Shown: positions 30,701 to 40,308 of the stretch, piece by piece
Numbering within the stretch: the first letter of the stretch is position 1
Layout: each line of letters starts with the position of its first letter
IMG/VR virus record: IMGVR_UViG_3300031658_000010
Location: 1 to 53,415 of that record
From: a virus
Taxonomy: Duplodnaviria > Caudoviricetes
Length of the DNA stretch: 53,415 nt
Reading direction: 5' to 3' (one strand)
Program-made: the position numbers and the translations under genes
Notes under the pieces: model-generated
The model's database searches: none
Seen by the model: the letters and a program-made list of their open reading frames with translations, nothing else
Told to the model about the DNA's origin: nothing

Positions 30701-32755
30701 CTAAGATATGGTAGGTTTGATTGTGGTAATAAAAACAACTATGCGCAAACATTCCTACGGGGAGTAAGAATTACAGTGAAGGAGAAAGCAGTAGGACAGC
30801 AAAAATCTGATTTTAACGCAAGGGCACTATCTTACGTAGAAGGCTGTTCGTTTGACGATTATCGATTCTCTGTTATATTAGTTCCAAATTTGCCAAATAA
30901 ACCAGAGAGCCAAGTTAAGTTTATAAAGAACGAAAAGTGGAAGACTATAGTAATGCTAATTTCTTTAGATTATGCTGATGATTGCTTAAATGGTAGTGTA
31001 AACTCTATCATAGATAGGACAACGTTATATTCTTTAAATAGTTCGTTTGATGTAAATACTGCATGTGAACCTAATCTTGACCCAGATGGTAATTATGAAT
31101 ACACCAACGGTGTTTTAAGAGGGGCCATAAATTTAGCATCATCAACTTATAATTCTACAACTGGATTATTAACAATTAATGGTATGCAAAGTGATAGTGG
31201 TGTCCAGCCTGATTTTGTGAATGATATTAGAGTATTACAGGATGGGAGGTATTCACCTATTGAATTTACTATATCTGGTAGTCTTTATAGAATATTTGGT
31301 ATAAAGAATATAGTATCGGCTAATCAACTTATATGTACTGAATTAACAAGGAATGGTATTGCAATATACCCACCAATATCTACACCAAGTCTACCAGCAC
31401 TAAGATCTGCTGTCTATAGTATTAAAAATAATGGATATCTACAATTTGAAAATAGATTAAATTCAATTAGCTTTGGTGAAATTTTCAATGCTGTTAATAT
31501 AGGTAACCCTAATGTTATTTATGAAACTATCAGCGAGGACGGTAGTCAGGTTAAAAATCTTGATGGTACATTAGCACAAACATTCTCAGTAAATCTGAGA
31601 GCACAGGCTGATATTCTTAAATCTGTGTATATTGGAATTTTACCAGACCCAGCCAAGCCTACTGCGTTTAATTTAACAGATGTTGTTGGTTATGATTTAT
31701 CTCTACGCAAGATACCTAACATAACACCGATTGCGAGACATTCAGGGCATTACGCGCCATATGCTTTACCTACACTATTTTTCAGAGACCCATATATGAA
31801 TTTAGACTTTAATGACCCACAGCAAGATTCTGTGTATAAATTAAAAGTATTAGAACTATGTAAATATAAAAATTCACAGTTTAATAGTAGTGATCCTAAA
31901 TTTGGACAAGTACAAAATTTCTTTTATCATAAAGTAAATGAACAAGATCCATCAACGGTGTTGGAGTTATCTAGAGAAAGCGCATTCCCTAGTCTATACC
32001 CGTTGATCAATGAGATTGGTATTGCTTATAAAGATTTCTATATGTTTTCTTCTAATTGGGAACCTTCTTATTTTACAAAAAGTATTGATAAGTCAGTAAC
32101 AGAAAAAATTATTGGAACAAGGTCAATGAAAGAAAGAAAGTCATTCTTTGGATCTAAATATTTAAAAGTTCCTGAGACTATAATTCTAGAAACATTTGAA
32201 CCAGATCCATTTGTTAGAGCAGCAATTAAACAAACTGAATTAATAAAGGGAACTTTTATGCACCAAGAAACACCGTCGGTTACAATTAATAAAAAATTGA
32301 TTAAGACTAAGGGTAATACAACAACCAGGTCTATTAAGAAAGTACCATCTTCACCAACACTTGAGTTCTACTTGCTAAACCAAAAAAGGTTGATGGAATA
32401 TCTGTTTGCCCCAATAAAGGCTCAATTTGAACTGTATATAAATAAACTATATGGGTGGGGTGACCTGGAGACCTTGGATGATGATGTAAATCAATATATC
32501 AAAGAAAACATATTAAAACTATATAAAATAGAAAAAGTAGATTTTTATACATTAGCTAGTCGTACAAAGAGTGGATCTGATTATGATACTGCTACACTTA
32601 CTGATGTTGAAAAAAGTAGTGCTGGATTAACTATTAATAATAATGTAGCTTCCAAAACTTTAAATACAAACCCATTTGATTTAAGACTAATATATAATAA
32701 AAGAACAGGTTTCTCAGAATCGTTTGGATTCAGTGTTACTATAGTTAAAAAATAA
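27800..32755 (+). CDS. Very large putative structural protein (1651 aa)
   Basis: Context; contains a small fibre-like beta insert (IAVGRVVT...IPQGTTVTTIGSSTMTLSN). Confidence 0.5.
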   Translation: MAEKLLDQASYSIARTNPKLTANVKIVSDGTDIYLESFSANTRLASQKFKAFKVDGTSTYDQDVFRFFDSGKFPIESAYEIHQEYEDTAILSDYGNQYEMFYSAGTRSIASESYTQSLGTLAPLWLNEQIPSSFVIFRLDNPVGVNNLNAKGENDGTVDAQTSANFTKQVLENCTAIKTFDLTEGTLLGAYIRNYRNQEEFPTVPLNMTWRKDEPILWNGISYKNGGFTSSGNFAYDDMVVKDSTIIQDEYLFTQGFQNNGILLANLLNLEFLFDDPTADDYTINRYFGMYVNEIEEGRFDLSGEAFYKNTEKTQLPKIKTITEVSQYLNTPFEITNEDGILLFLDPVKTTTVTGLPTPTRVNEVESVFYVKDKEDDYHTVKKGGTWGKDQIRLFDTKVDVSLFTGYKQPDTFANASIINHEGFAQMYLKIVGNTVQPVPYPTVTAVVNGQQINVAAGDTININSISNTIAVGRVVTSTHSSVKIPQGTTVTTIGSSTMTLSNKVSLLDNALLFFTPAAVPDNQVQEGSKISFYDGDPSIASNLTGEIFADSTLAPIPGKSFEKFFNPNGTTQEVAQAITSAINTGISENVRFFTATFNDSTVYIKSRFSGSRFNQLSFGLDVTYPEQLTQIQSYPTTVVATPIKNFVGGNDVTRSLLKVENSDQDRFINGNFVQTTGGYTNIGDWVPYTEEPIYNGLNQIIGYTDINKYVVITCNDNQIMVTRSNQVALYSDYKPSFGRFSFFDVKDFDFDFYSTLYSEQGELDYETTEYNQQSVTLSGSVYEGVSMNPQIRSFYDNGGFYNLIGLLGDAEDENPTNEYIKSEYNRLEENYLTSQANISRIAPYINKWAWVNDGRDVRNHPYRLDINQAFGLNNFAPSRWDLVQEASGFTHEWYYLSEFPNYFTQDAIKSSWSYIDTAPTDNTPANIMTGAALIPGTFQDVTTDNFNDYFIVQRFTTNGITEIDRQLRYGRFDCGNKNNYAQTFLRGVRITVKEKAVGQQKSDFNARALSYVEGCSFDDYRFSVILVPNLPNKPESQVKFIKNEKWKTIVMLISLDYADDCLNGSVNSIIDRTTLYSLNSSFDVNTACEPNLDPDGNYEYTNGVLRGAINLASSTYNSTTGLLTINGMQSDSGVQPDFVNDIRVLQDGRYSPIEFTISGSLYRIFGIKNIVSANQLICTELTRNGIAIYPPISTPSLPALRSAVYSIKNNGYLQFENRLNSISFGEIFNAVNIGNPNVIYETISEDGSQVKNLDGTLAQTFSVNLRAQADILKSVYIGILPDPAKPTAFNLTDVVGYDLSLRKIPNITPIARHSGHYAPYALPTLFFRDPYMNLDFNDPQQDSVYKLKVLELCKYKNSQFNSSDPKFGQVQNFFYHKVNEQDPSTVLELSRESAFPSLYPLINEIGIAYKDFYMFSSNWEPSYFTKSIDKSVTEKIIGTRSMKERKSFFGSKYLKVPETIILETFEPDPFVRAAIKQTELIKGTFMHQETPSVTINKKLIKTKGNTTTRSIKKVPSSPTLEFYLLNQKRLMEYLFAPIKAQFELYINKLYGWGDLETLDDDVNQYIKENILKLYKIEKVDFYTLASRTKSGSDYDTATLTDVEKSSAGLTINNNVASKTLNTNPFDLRLIYNKRTGFSESFGFSVTIVKK

Positions 32756-32764
32756 CAGAAAGAA

Positions 32765-35284
32765 ATGCCAATCACTATACAAGAAATAATAGCATCAGAT
32801 ACTATTTCACAACTTGTCGATAAGACTAACTTTAATTTTGACCAGTTGCTACTTAACGGTGGTGGTCCTGCTGGTCCTATTGGTGGATCCGGGCCAACTG
32901 GTCCTGCTGGTGGAAGAGGCCCTAAAGGGAGTACATGGTACGAGGATACTGCAACAGTATTACCAGGTACATTACCAAACGCTGCATATCCAACAGCTAC
33001 ACCAAGGATTAGCGATTATTACTTGCAATTAAATGGTGAGGTTTGGGAGTATGATGGTTTATCATGGTTGATAACTACTGTTGATTTAATGGGGCCAATT
33101 GGCCCTGCTGGTGCCGGTGGTGGATTTGGTGGAACTTTTGGTTCACCGTATGTAAATCAAGGAAAAAATACTAGATATAATCAACCCTTTGGATATGAAC
33201 CTGGGGTAAACGGTGGTGCAACTACTGATAATGAAGGTGTACCATCTATCGTAATAGGTGGGGTGCCAACAACAGCAGACGAAGTAGATCCTAGTATACC
33301 ACTAACTGCAAAATATATTATACCTGATGCAATAGCAGGTAGCATATCATCAGATGTTTCTTCATTGTTCATTCATCAAAAAGATACAGCTGGGACTTCA
33401 ATCACGTTTCAAGGTGGTGGGTTTCAACCAACAGATAAGTATAATCAGACAAGCATAGGCTCGTTGAGTAACATTCACCTAGGAGTTGATGACAGATTAG
33501 TAATGAGAGTACCAAAGGCACCTACTTCACCAACATCACAGGCAGATTTGATAGGATTCCAAGTTCTTACTGATATGCGTTCGCAGAGTTATGAAGCAGG
33601 TAGATCAATTAGATTAGTAACTGGGCAAGATAATGATCAGCACTGGCCAGGGCAAAATTCAAACTTTGAAATAGAAGTTGGAACAGGTAACACTGCTACT
33701 AATAAATTTAAAGTAGCAACGCTAGGGGCTACCGTTACAACAACAATTGAATCAGGTGGTAGCATCGATGTCACACCTGTAACTGGAGGACAAATCACAA
33801 ACGTTGGAACATTTCAAGTTCTAGCAGGTAATACTAATTTTGTTACTTCACCAGGTGGTCAATTTAGAGTTACTGCAGGTAGTGATATCAGATTACAAAC
33901 TAACCTAGGTACGTCTATAGGTGGAAATATTGGTTTATATTCTGCTGCTGGTGGTATTACTGCAACTAGCGCTGGTGGTACTATATCAATAGCACAAACT
34001 GAAACTACAACAGTCGGTAATATACAAATAGACCAACACTCAACAGAAGGTGAATTATTAATACGAGCTAATTCCAGTATAGTACTTGGTAAATATACAA
34101 GTCCGTCTGCATTAGCGCAGCCTAGTATCACTTTAGATTATGCTGCGATAACTGGTGGTAGTACACCAAACCCTCATATTAGAACTGTGGGAAGGTTAAC
34201 CTGGGCAGCTACACAAGCTGGAAGTACTATAACACAGCCATATTCAAATGTCTCCCAATCAAACAGTATGGATACTGTATTGGGTAGTGATCTATCAATA
34301 TTTAGACAAACTGGAACGGAAAGTGATACTGCGTATGTACCTGCTGCAACTATGGAAAGTTGGGTTGGTGGCTTACAGGCTACAACCGGTATAAACGCAG
34401 GTTTAATAAAAATAGTGATGGGTAATGAATCCGTATCGTTACCTGTCCCTAGTGATGAATTCATGTATGATAATTCATTAGAGTTAGCAGTTAGAGACAC
34501 TGATGGGATGGAAGAATATATTTCATTAAGTAAAAGTAAACTCGGTTTAGCAACACCATTAGTATTAAAAAGAGTCAGAGAGTTAAACTCCCTAAGTAAT
34601 TCACGACCTAATTCCCTCAATTTTAGTTGGACTAGTTCTGGTGGGAGCGGTAAGCCAACTACGAAATGGGGTTGGAATACTACAGGCGCGCAATCCCCAG
34701 GATCAACAGCAGGCATGCCAACTACTGCAGATTTAAATGTACCACTTATATACTTATCATATGGGATAGGTCAGTCTATCACAGGATTCACTGGTCAGAC
34801 ACAAAGTAATACAAATTATGATTATACTTTTAATTTCCCAGAAGGAGCATATCCAGGTCAAAAATTAACACTTAAGGTATATCACCAAGCAGCAAAATAT
34901 CTGTGGCAAGCAAATCAGTCTTCAAACTTTATTGAAAGTTGGGGAATGATCCAAATTAGGCTACCAAAATATAGGAATTCAATTCCACAAGGAGCAGCAT
35001 GGTCTAGTTGGTACAGACCGGCAGGAACAAATGGTGGACAGACTTATTCTGCAGGATACACAACATTGTACTCTGGTTTCAGTTCTTCAGATATGCTACA
35101 AGGTGAGGGTAAAATACAAACATACGATCTAATATGGGACGGTCTTGAAATATCACAGTGGGGAATGAATACGAGTGGTACAGGTCACTCTGCCTATAAT
35201 AGAGAATCATCAACAGTACAATTTGGATGGTCTATAATGGGTACAAGCTATGATGTAATTAATATCGGAGGCCCACCAACGTAA
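32765..35284 (+). CDS. Tail fibre-like protein with short collagen tracts
   Basis: N-terminal SDTISQLVDKTNFNF anchor; GPAGPIGGSGPTGPAGGRGPKG; G/T-rich beta region. Confidence 0.65.
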   Translation: MPITIQEIIASDTISQLVDKTNFNFDQLLLNGGGPAGPIGGSGPTGPAGGRGPKGSTWYEDTATVLPGTLPNAAYPTATPRISDYYLQLNGEVWEYDGLSWLITTVDLMGPIGPAGAGGGFGGTFGSPYVNQGKNTRYNQPFGYEPGVNGGATTDNEGVPSIVIGGVPTTADEVDPSIPLTAKYIIPDAIAGSISSDVSSLFIHQKDTAGTSITFQGGGFQPTDKYNQTSIGSLSNIHLGVDDRLVMRVPKAPTSPTSQADLIGFQVLTDMRSQSYEAGRSIRLVTGQDNDQHWPGQNSNFEIEVGTGNTATNKFKVATLGATVTTTIESGGSIDVTPVTGGQITNVGTFQVLAGNTNFVTSPGGQFRVTAGSDIRLQTNLGTSIGGNIGLYSAAGGITATSAGGTISIAQTETTTVGNIQIDQHSTEGELLIRANSSIVLGKYTSPSALAQPSITLDYAAITGGSTPNPHIRTVGRLTWAATQAGSTITQPYSNVSQSNSMDTVLGSDLSIFRQTGTESDTAYVPAATMESWVGGLQATTGINAGLIKIVMGNESVSLPVPSDEFMYDNSLELAVRDTDGMEEYISLSKSKLGLATPLVLKRVRELNSLSNSRPNSLNFSWTSSGGSGKPTTKWGWNTTGAQSPGSTAGMPTTADLNVPLIYLSYGIGQSITGFTGQTQSNTNYDYTFNFPEGAYPGQKLTLKVYHQAAKYLWQANQSSNFIESWGMIQIRLPKYRNSIPQGAAWSSWYRPAGTNGGQTYSAGYTTLYSGFSSSDMLQGEGKIQTYDLIWDGLEISQWGMNTSGTGHSAYNRESSTVQFGWSIMGTSYDVINIGGPPT

Positions 35285-35311
35285 TAGTATAAATTAATAT
35301 AAATTAATAAA

Positions 35312-35545
35312 ATGACAAAGAAAGAAATAACAGATTTAAACGGTTTTGTAAATAGATATAGGGAAATACAACTTTCTCTTGATCTAATGCAAAAGAGTAT
35401 CACTAGCTTAGGTAAGAAAAGAGACGAACTTTTTACTGAAGTAGATACAATGAAAGGAAAGGAAACTAAGTTTATTGAAAAAATAGCAAAAAAATACGGG
35501 GCTGCTGAAGTAACACCACATAAGCTTCTTAAGTATATAGGATGA
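35312..35545 (+). CDS. Small coiled-coil protein
   Basis: ORF track; heptad pattern. Confidence 0.6.
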   Translation: MTKKEITDLNGFVNRYREIQLSLDLMQKSITSLGKKRDELFTEVDTMKGKETKFIEKIAKKYGAAEVTPHKLLKYIG

Positions 35546-36327
35546 TATTAATTATTAAAAATATTCTTGGTATTATAACAGACCCAAAAAACACAAGGAT
35601 GTTTTTATTAGGTGGTATGGTGGTGCTTTTCTTTTTGCTTCTTAGACAATGCAATGAAACTGAAAATGCAAAAGGTGAAGTTGTTAGATTTCAAAATAAT
35701 CTAGTAGCTGCAAATGATACTATTAAAAATTATGTTAATATAAATGGCGAGTCAGTTGGGGAAATTAAAGGTTTGAGTTTATCATTAGAAGAATTGAAAG
35801 ATAGTTTGGAATATGAAAAAGGCAGGCCCCCCGTTACTATTATTAAATACAAAACTATAATAAAAGAAAAAATAGTGGAAGTACCAGTTATAACTAAAGA
35901 TACTATAACAGTTCAAGGTAATGCTAGTTTCAATTCAATATTGAGTTTTAGCTCTGATAGTAATTGGGCTAAAAGCTCAAGATCTATCAATGTTAAGTTG
36001 CCTTATAGTACAATAGATAGTTTAACCTTCGGTACTGCAACAATTGGACTAAAACAAAATATTTGGTTAGACGCTACACTGTCACAAGATGTAAAAACTA
36101 AAGAAATATTTATTAAATTAACTTCTGACTATCCAGGAACTATATTTAATAATACAGAAGGGATAATGATTGATAGAAAAAGCAAAGCGTTTAAAAGCTT
36201 ACAGATGCAAAACAGAAAACAATTTGGATTAGGTCTAAGTATGGGAATGGGAGTAACTGGTAACGGTACATTCGCACCTTATATTGGAATTGGTCTTTCG
36301 TGGAATCCAAAGCTTTTGCAGTGGTAA
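35542..36327 (+). CDS. Membrane-anchored protein, possibly spanin-like
   Basis: N-terminal TM/lipobox-like MFLLGGMVVLFFLLLRQC, coiled coil, C-terminal amphipathic beta hairpin FGLGLSMGMG...YIGIGLSW. Confidence 0.5.
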   Translation: MILIIKNILGIITDPKNTRMFLLGGMVVLFFLLLRQCNETENAKGEVVRFQNNLVAANDTIKNYVNINGESVGEIKGLSLSLEELKDSLEYEKGRPPVTIIKYKTIIKEKIVEVPVITKDTITVQGNASFNSILSFSSDSNWAKSSRSINVKLPYSTIDSLTFGTATIGLKQNIWLDATLSQDVKTKEIFIKLTSDYPGTIFNNTEGIMIDRKSKAFKSLQMQNRKQFGLGLSMGMGVTGNGTFAPYIGIGLSWNPKLLQW

Positions 36328-36341
36328 ATAAATAGAATAGA

Positions 36342-37766
36342 ATGGAATCATCAAGGTTTATACAATTATCGGATCAAATACTTATAGAGTATATCTATAC
36401 TAGTCAGTCCGCACCAACAGAGTTTGATACTACTGATTACCCGATTGAGCTCATGAGGGATGCAAATACTAAAGGAACTTATTTCTTTAATACTGACACT
36501 GTCAATGCTACTATGGGAAATGACAGAGATGGTGCTGCCGTTTCAAACAATAAAACTAAAACACAATATGTCTCGCTAGATACGAGTATAGGAATCCCAT
36601 ACAACGATTATAGTCCTGAGTTGACAGATAGCACAAATCTTTTACAGACATTTAGTCCTAATATAGATGTTGCATATGATAAAGTTAAAGTTCATTTTGT
36701 AGCAGGATTTAGCTTTGAGGGATTTGATGGTATTGTATTTGAAACTTTAGCACCAAGAAGAGACGGTGTTATGATGAATCTTGCATCTATTAACTTTCTT
36801 AAAACTGATACACCACAATTTGCAGCAGAGCCTTTATTACTAGCAGACAAGTTATATGCTACTTATATTGAATGGAGAGTACCTGCATTGTTCTTTATGA
36901 ATAATTCGTTTGACGTAAATGTATCAAACGGTGTGGCATACAAAATAACAGAAGGGCAAGGCTTTCTAGGAACACCACCAATTACACTGAAGGCTAGTGG
37001 AATTTACCAAACAACAACAGAGAATGCATATAGCTTCTATGAGATGCAAGAAATTAATTCTACATCTATATTAAATAGGGATATTTATGACAATCTATAT
37101 GCACAAGTAATACAATCAACTAATGGAGATTATTTTGAATTATCAGGACAGGTTGCTGGATCTTCATTCAGTAATCTTATTGCGCAGCTAAATTCATCAG
37201 GTGGTAATTATGTAGTTTTCCATGAAGTTAGTGTTACTGAACAAGTAGGAACTGTTTTTTCACAGACAAGTTTCCAAGTATATACACAAACTAGTGATTT
37301 TGACGATCCTATTTTATTTAGGCCAATTATAAAAAATGCAAATACTGCAGTTTCATTCTCGATTAATTATGTATTAAGATTATATAATAAGGCTGATGCT
37401 ACGCAGATAATTAAAAATGCAAAGTTAACTTCGTTTGCTACTCAGAAATATGGCAGGCAAATGTTACAGATTAATTTAGGAGTAGTACCAACAGTTGCGA
37501 ATGTTTATAATCAAATTAATAATGACACAGGGAAGCAATTAGTAATAGGCACTGGTGCACCTGTTGATACTGGTGCAAATACATCGGAACAGATTGCCGA
37601 ACAGTTAGTAGTAAAAACAAAATATGTAACTACATTTAGAGATAGGCTAAAAGTTAAAGCAGCCATATCACCAGTTAAAGTACAAACAATAACAGAAGAA
37701 AACCAAGAATCGGCTAGCTTTGGAACAGCAGTTAACACTGCGACAAGCGAACCAAAAATAAGTTAA
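36342..37766 (+). CDS. Putative structural protein (474 aa)
   Basis: Context; preceded by an AATAAATAG variant motif at 36327. Confidence 0.5.
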   Translation: MESSRFIQLSDQILIEYIYTSQSAPTEFDTTDYPIELMRDANTKGTYFFNTDTVNATMGNDRDGAAVSNNKTKTQYVSLDTSIGIPYNDYSPELTDSTNLLQTFSPNIDVAYDKVKVHFVAGFSFEGFDGIVFETLAPRRDGVMMNLASINFLKTDTPQFAAEPLLLADKLYATYIEWRVPALFFMNNSFDVNVSNGVAYKITEGQGFLGTPPITLKASGIYQTTTENAYSFYEMQEINSTSILNRDIYDNLYAQVIQSTNGDYFELSGQVAGSSFSNLIAQLNSSGGNYVVFHEVSVTEQVGTVFSQTSFQVYTQTSDFDDPILFRPIIKNANTAVSFSINYVLRLYNKADATQIIKNAKLTSFATQKYGRQMLQINLGVVPTVANVYNQINNDTGKQLVIGTGAPVDTGANTSEQIAEQLVVKTKYVTTFRDRLKVKAAISPVKVQTITEENQESASFGTAVNTATSEPKIS

Positions 37767-37769
37767 CCC

Positions 37770-38675
37770 ATGGCAATACAGACTAATATATCTTTAACTG
37801 CAACAGAGAAAGAGTACTTCCAGCGATTTGTTAACCTAGCGGTTAATGAAACTCCATTACCGCAAGGGGATGGTACAATACGAATATCTCCATTTGATGA
37901 TTATTTTCTATTTACTTTATTTGATGAAGTAGATGGTGAAGATACTCCAATTGATTTAAGTAATGTTGGTAATGTTTATATTAATTTCATTGGATCTTCT
38001 GATGAAATAGCAGTAAAAAATCATACCCAAGTACAAGAGGTTGATATGTCAAGAGGAGAGGTATTGTTTAGAATTACTAAGTCTGATAGTAAAAAGATTT
38101 TGGCTTTAGATAATAATAATTTTTATATCTCTACTAAGATGATCGACGAGGGTGACGGTTCTATCTCAGATGAATCGGTATTATATCAAGGTATGTGGTT
38201 GGCTTACAAGGATGCTAATAGGATAACTTTAACTTCTCAAATGGAGGATGAAAGATTAGAGTACAGTAGAATACTTGCAAGAATAGAGGGGTTATTGGTT
38301 AGTGCTAATACTAGGGGCAACAAATACAAACAGTTGTATGAGGAAGGCATAGTAACAATACAGGCATTAAACACTAGTAATGAAGAATTGACAAATCTTA
38401 ATACAGAACTGGCAGGAGATCTTAAATCATCGCAAGTTGAAGAAATTGCAAGAAGAGCAAAAGCTGCCCAGAATCTAGCACAAGCACAACTTATAATACG
38501 ACAACAGAAACAGGCATTACGACACAGTGGTACACAAAATAAAGCCAGAAAGAAAAGTTTCTTCAGGCAAGCCGCTAAGAATTTACAACAATACTCTGTT
38601 GGTAAGAATAGTGTATCTATGCCTAGCGATGCTAATGGAGGTAATTTTGACAACTTTAACAATAAAATGATATGA
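37770..38675 (+). CDS. Protein with Ig/BppU-like N-terminal domain and C-terminal coiled coil
   Basis: TPIDLSNVGNVYINF...RGEVLFRI pattern. Confidence 0.4.
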   Translation: MAIQTNISLTATEKEYFQRFVNLAVNETPLPQGDGTIRISPFDDYFLFTLFDEVDGEDTPIDLSNVGNVYINFIGSSDEIAVKNHTQVQEVDMSRGEVLFRITKSDSKKILALDNNNFYISTKMIDEGDGSISDESVLYQGMWLAYKDANRITLTSQMEDERLEYSRILARIEGLLVSANTRGNKYKQLYEEGIVTIQALNTSNEELTNLNTELAGDLKSSQVEEIARRAKAAQNLAQAQLIIRQQKQALRHSGTQNKARKKSFFRQAAKNLQQYSVGKNSVSMPSDANGGNFDNFNNKMI

Positions 38676-39226
38676 TATTAAGTGCTAGAAATAACCAGTT
38701 TAAATTTGATTTCCCAAGGAACTTTATTCCTAAGGAAATTGCTAAGAAGTATAAGCCATTCTTAACAAGAATACCTGGTGGGTTAATAAAAGAACCTATT
38801 GATTATTGGAATTATGGAATACAGTCTATTAATTTACCTGGACCTTCATTTGATCCTGTACAACAGACAGACTACCCAGGTAATACACGATCATTTAGAA
38901 CAAGTATACCTACGCAGCAATTATTTGATAAATCACTAACTGTTACAATGCAAGCATTTGATGGATATGTTAATTATTGGATGGCTGTTGAAATGTTTGA
39001 CTACTATTATAAACTAAGTGGAAAGCATCCATATTTACCTGAGGGTGTTGGTGTACAGATGTTAGATGCAGAGGGAAATGTATTTGTAACTGTACAATTA
39101 AAAGATATGTTTATAAGAAATATAGGTGCATTAGATCTAAACTTCTCAAGTAACACTGTTGAATTCCAAACTTTTGAGATGGAGTTTACTTACAACATCT
39201 TAGATGTCGTAGTCAATGTCACCTAA
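38672..39226 (+). CDS. Tail-tube-fold protein (T4 gp3/gp19-like)
   Basis: IQSINLPGPS...LTVTM...FIRNIGALDLNF...FEMEFTY. Confidence 0.65.
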   Translation: MILSARNNQFKFDFPRNFIPKEIAKKYKPFLTRIPGGLIKEPIDYWNYGIQSINLPGPSFDPVQQTDYPGNTRSFRTSIPTQQLFDKSLTVTMQAFDGYVNYWMAVEMFDYYYKLSGKHPYLPEGVGVQMLDAEGNVFVTVQLKDMFIRNIGALDLNFSSNTVEFQTFEMEFTYNILDVVVNVT

Positions 39227-39233
39227 TATATAA
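39225..39233 (+). promoter_or_regulatory. Putative late promoter AATATATAA
   Basis: Starts 27 nt upstream of ATG 39252. Confidence 0.6.
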
Positions 39234-39251
39234 ACAAATAAAGAACTCAAA

Positions 39252-39608
39252 ATGAAAACCTTTAAAGACTATTTAACAGAATCACATGATGATGGTGTAG
39301 ATATCCAAAAACTACTAAATGAATCACATACTTTAACCGAGGAACAGGATGCAGCTATTGATATGGCAGTAGACAGAATTATGGAAGAGCATAAGAACGG
39401 GAAGGATTTAGAAACTGTAGTAGATGAAATTGTAAGCGAAGGTATATTGGGAAGTATATTTGGTGGACTTACTGGTTTTGCTTTAGGTAAAACTATAGGA
39501 AAGGCAATTGCTAAAGTTCTAGGTATCCAAAAGGGTGCTTTGTATGATTTAATGACTTCACGTCTTGTTGGTGCTGCGCTAGGTGCAGTTCTCGGTAAGA
39601 GAATATAA
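39252..39608 (+). CDS. Putative internal head protein with capsid-targeting-like N-terminus and glycine-zipper C-terminus
   Basis: MKTFKDYLTE resembles T4 IPIII MKTYQEFIAE; GILGSIFGGLTGFALG...GAALGAVLG. Confidence 0.55.
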   Translation: MKTFKDYLTESHDDGVDIQKLLNESHTLTEEQDAAIDMAVDRIMEEHKNGKDLETVVDEIVSEGILGSIFGGLTGFALGKTIGKAIAKVLGIQKGALYDLMTSRLVGAALGAVLGKRI

Positions 39609-39613
39609 ACAAT

Positions 39614-40273
39614 ATGATTAATATAGGAATTGACTTTTCACTTAATAGCCCAGGAGTATGTATTGAAACTGCTGATGGTAAATACCACTTTATAACTTTT
39701 TTTAATTATGGGAATCGTATATGGGATGAAGAGGGTAAAAAGATACCCAAATCATTTAGTGTACATAAAGAACTCATGGATGATTCTGCTATGCTAGGAT
39801 TTCCATATAATAGAGAGGTAACAAGCAAAGAGTTTTTACCCAGGGAGCGTCAGAAATTAGAAGATGCTGGTAATATTAGTTCATTAATGGTCAACATTTT
39901 TTCTACACTATTTGAAGGCGACGAGGTATCAGTTGCACTTGAAGGTTTCTCGTACGGATCCAAAGGGAATTCATTTATAGACATTATTCAATATAATACA
40001 TTTTTAAGAAAGGAACTAATAGAAAAGTATACAATTGAGAATCTATCTATATTTCAACCATCTCATGTAAAGAAGTTAGCTGGTAAAGGAAATGCAAACA
40101 AACATTATATGGCTAAAGCATTCCAAGATGATGTCCTAAACGATAAGAACTTAAGATCAACTAAACTTTGGAAATGGACTCAAGGTAAAGACTTTAGCAT
40201 TAAAATACCAAAACCTATAGACGATATCATTGATGCCTACTTTATACTTAAAGCATTAAAAGCAAATAACTAG
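39614..40273 (+). CDS. RuvC-like Holliday junction resolvase/nuclease
   Basis: IGIDFSL, VALEGFSYG, PSHVKKLAG.GNANK, DDIIDAY: RuvC acidic catalytic motifs. Confidence 0.8.
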   Translation: MINIGIDFSLNSPGVCIETADGKYHFITFFNYGNRIWDEEGKKIPKSFSVHKELMDDSAMLGFPYNREVTSKEFLPRERQKLEDAGNISSLMVNIFSTLFEGDEVSVALEGFSYGSKGNSFIDIIQYNTFLRKELIEKYTIENLSIFQPSHVKKLAGKGNANKHYMAKAFQDDVLNDKNLRSTKLWKWTQGKDFSIKIPKPIDDIIDAYFILKALKANN

Positions 40274-40308
40274 CAATTAGATACTATTCTTCAATTCAAT
40301 AGTTAAAA

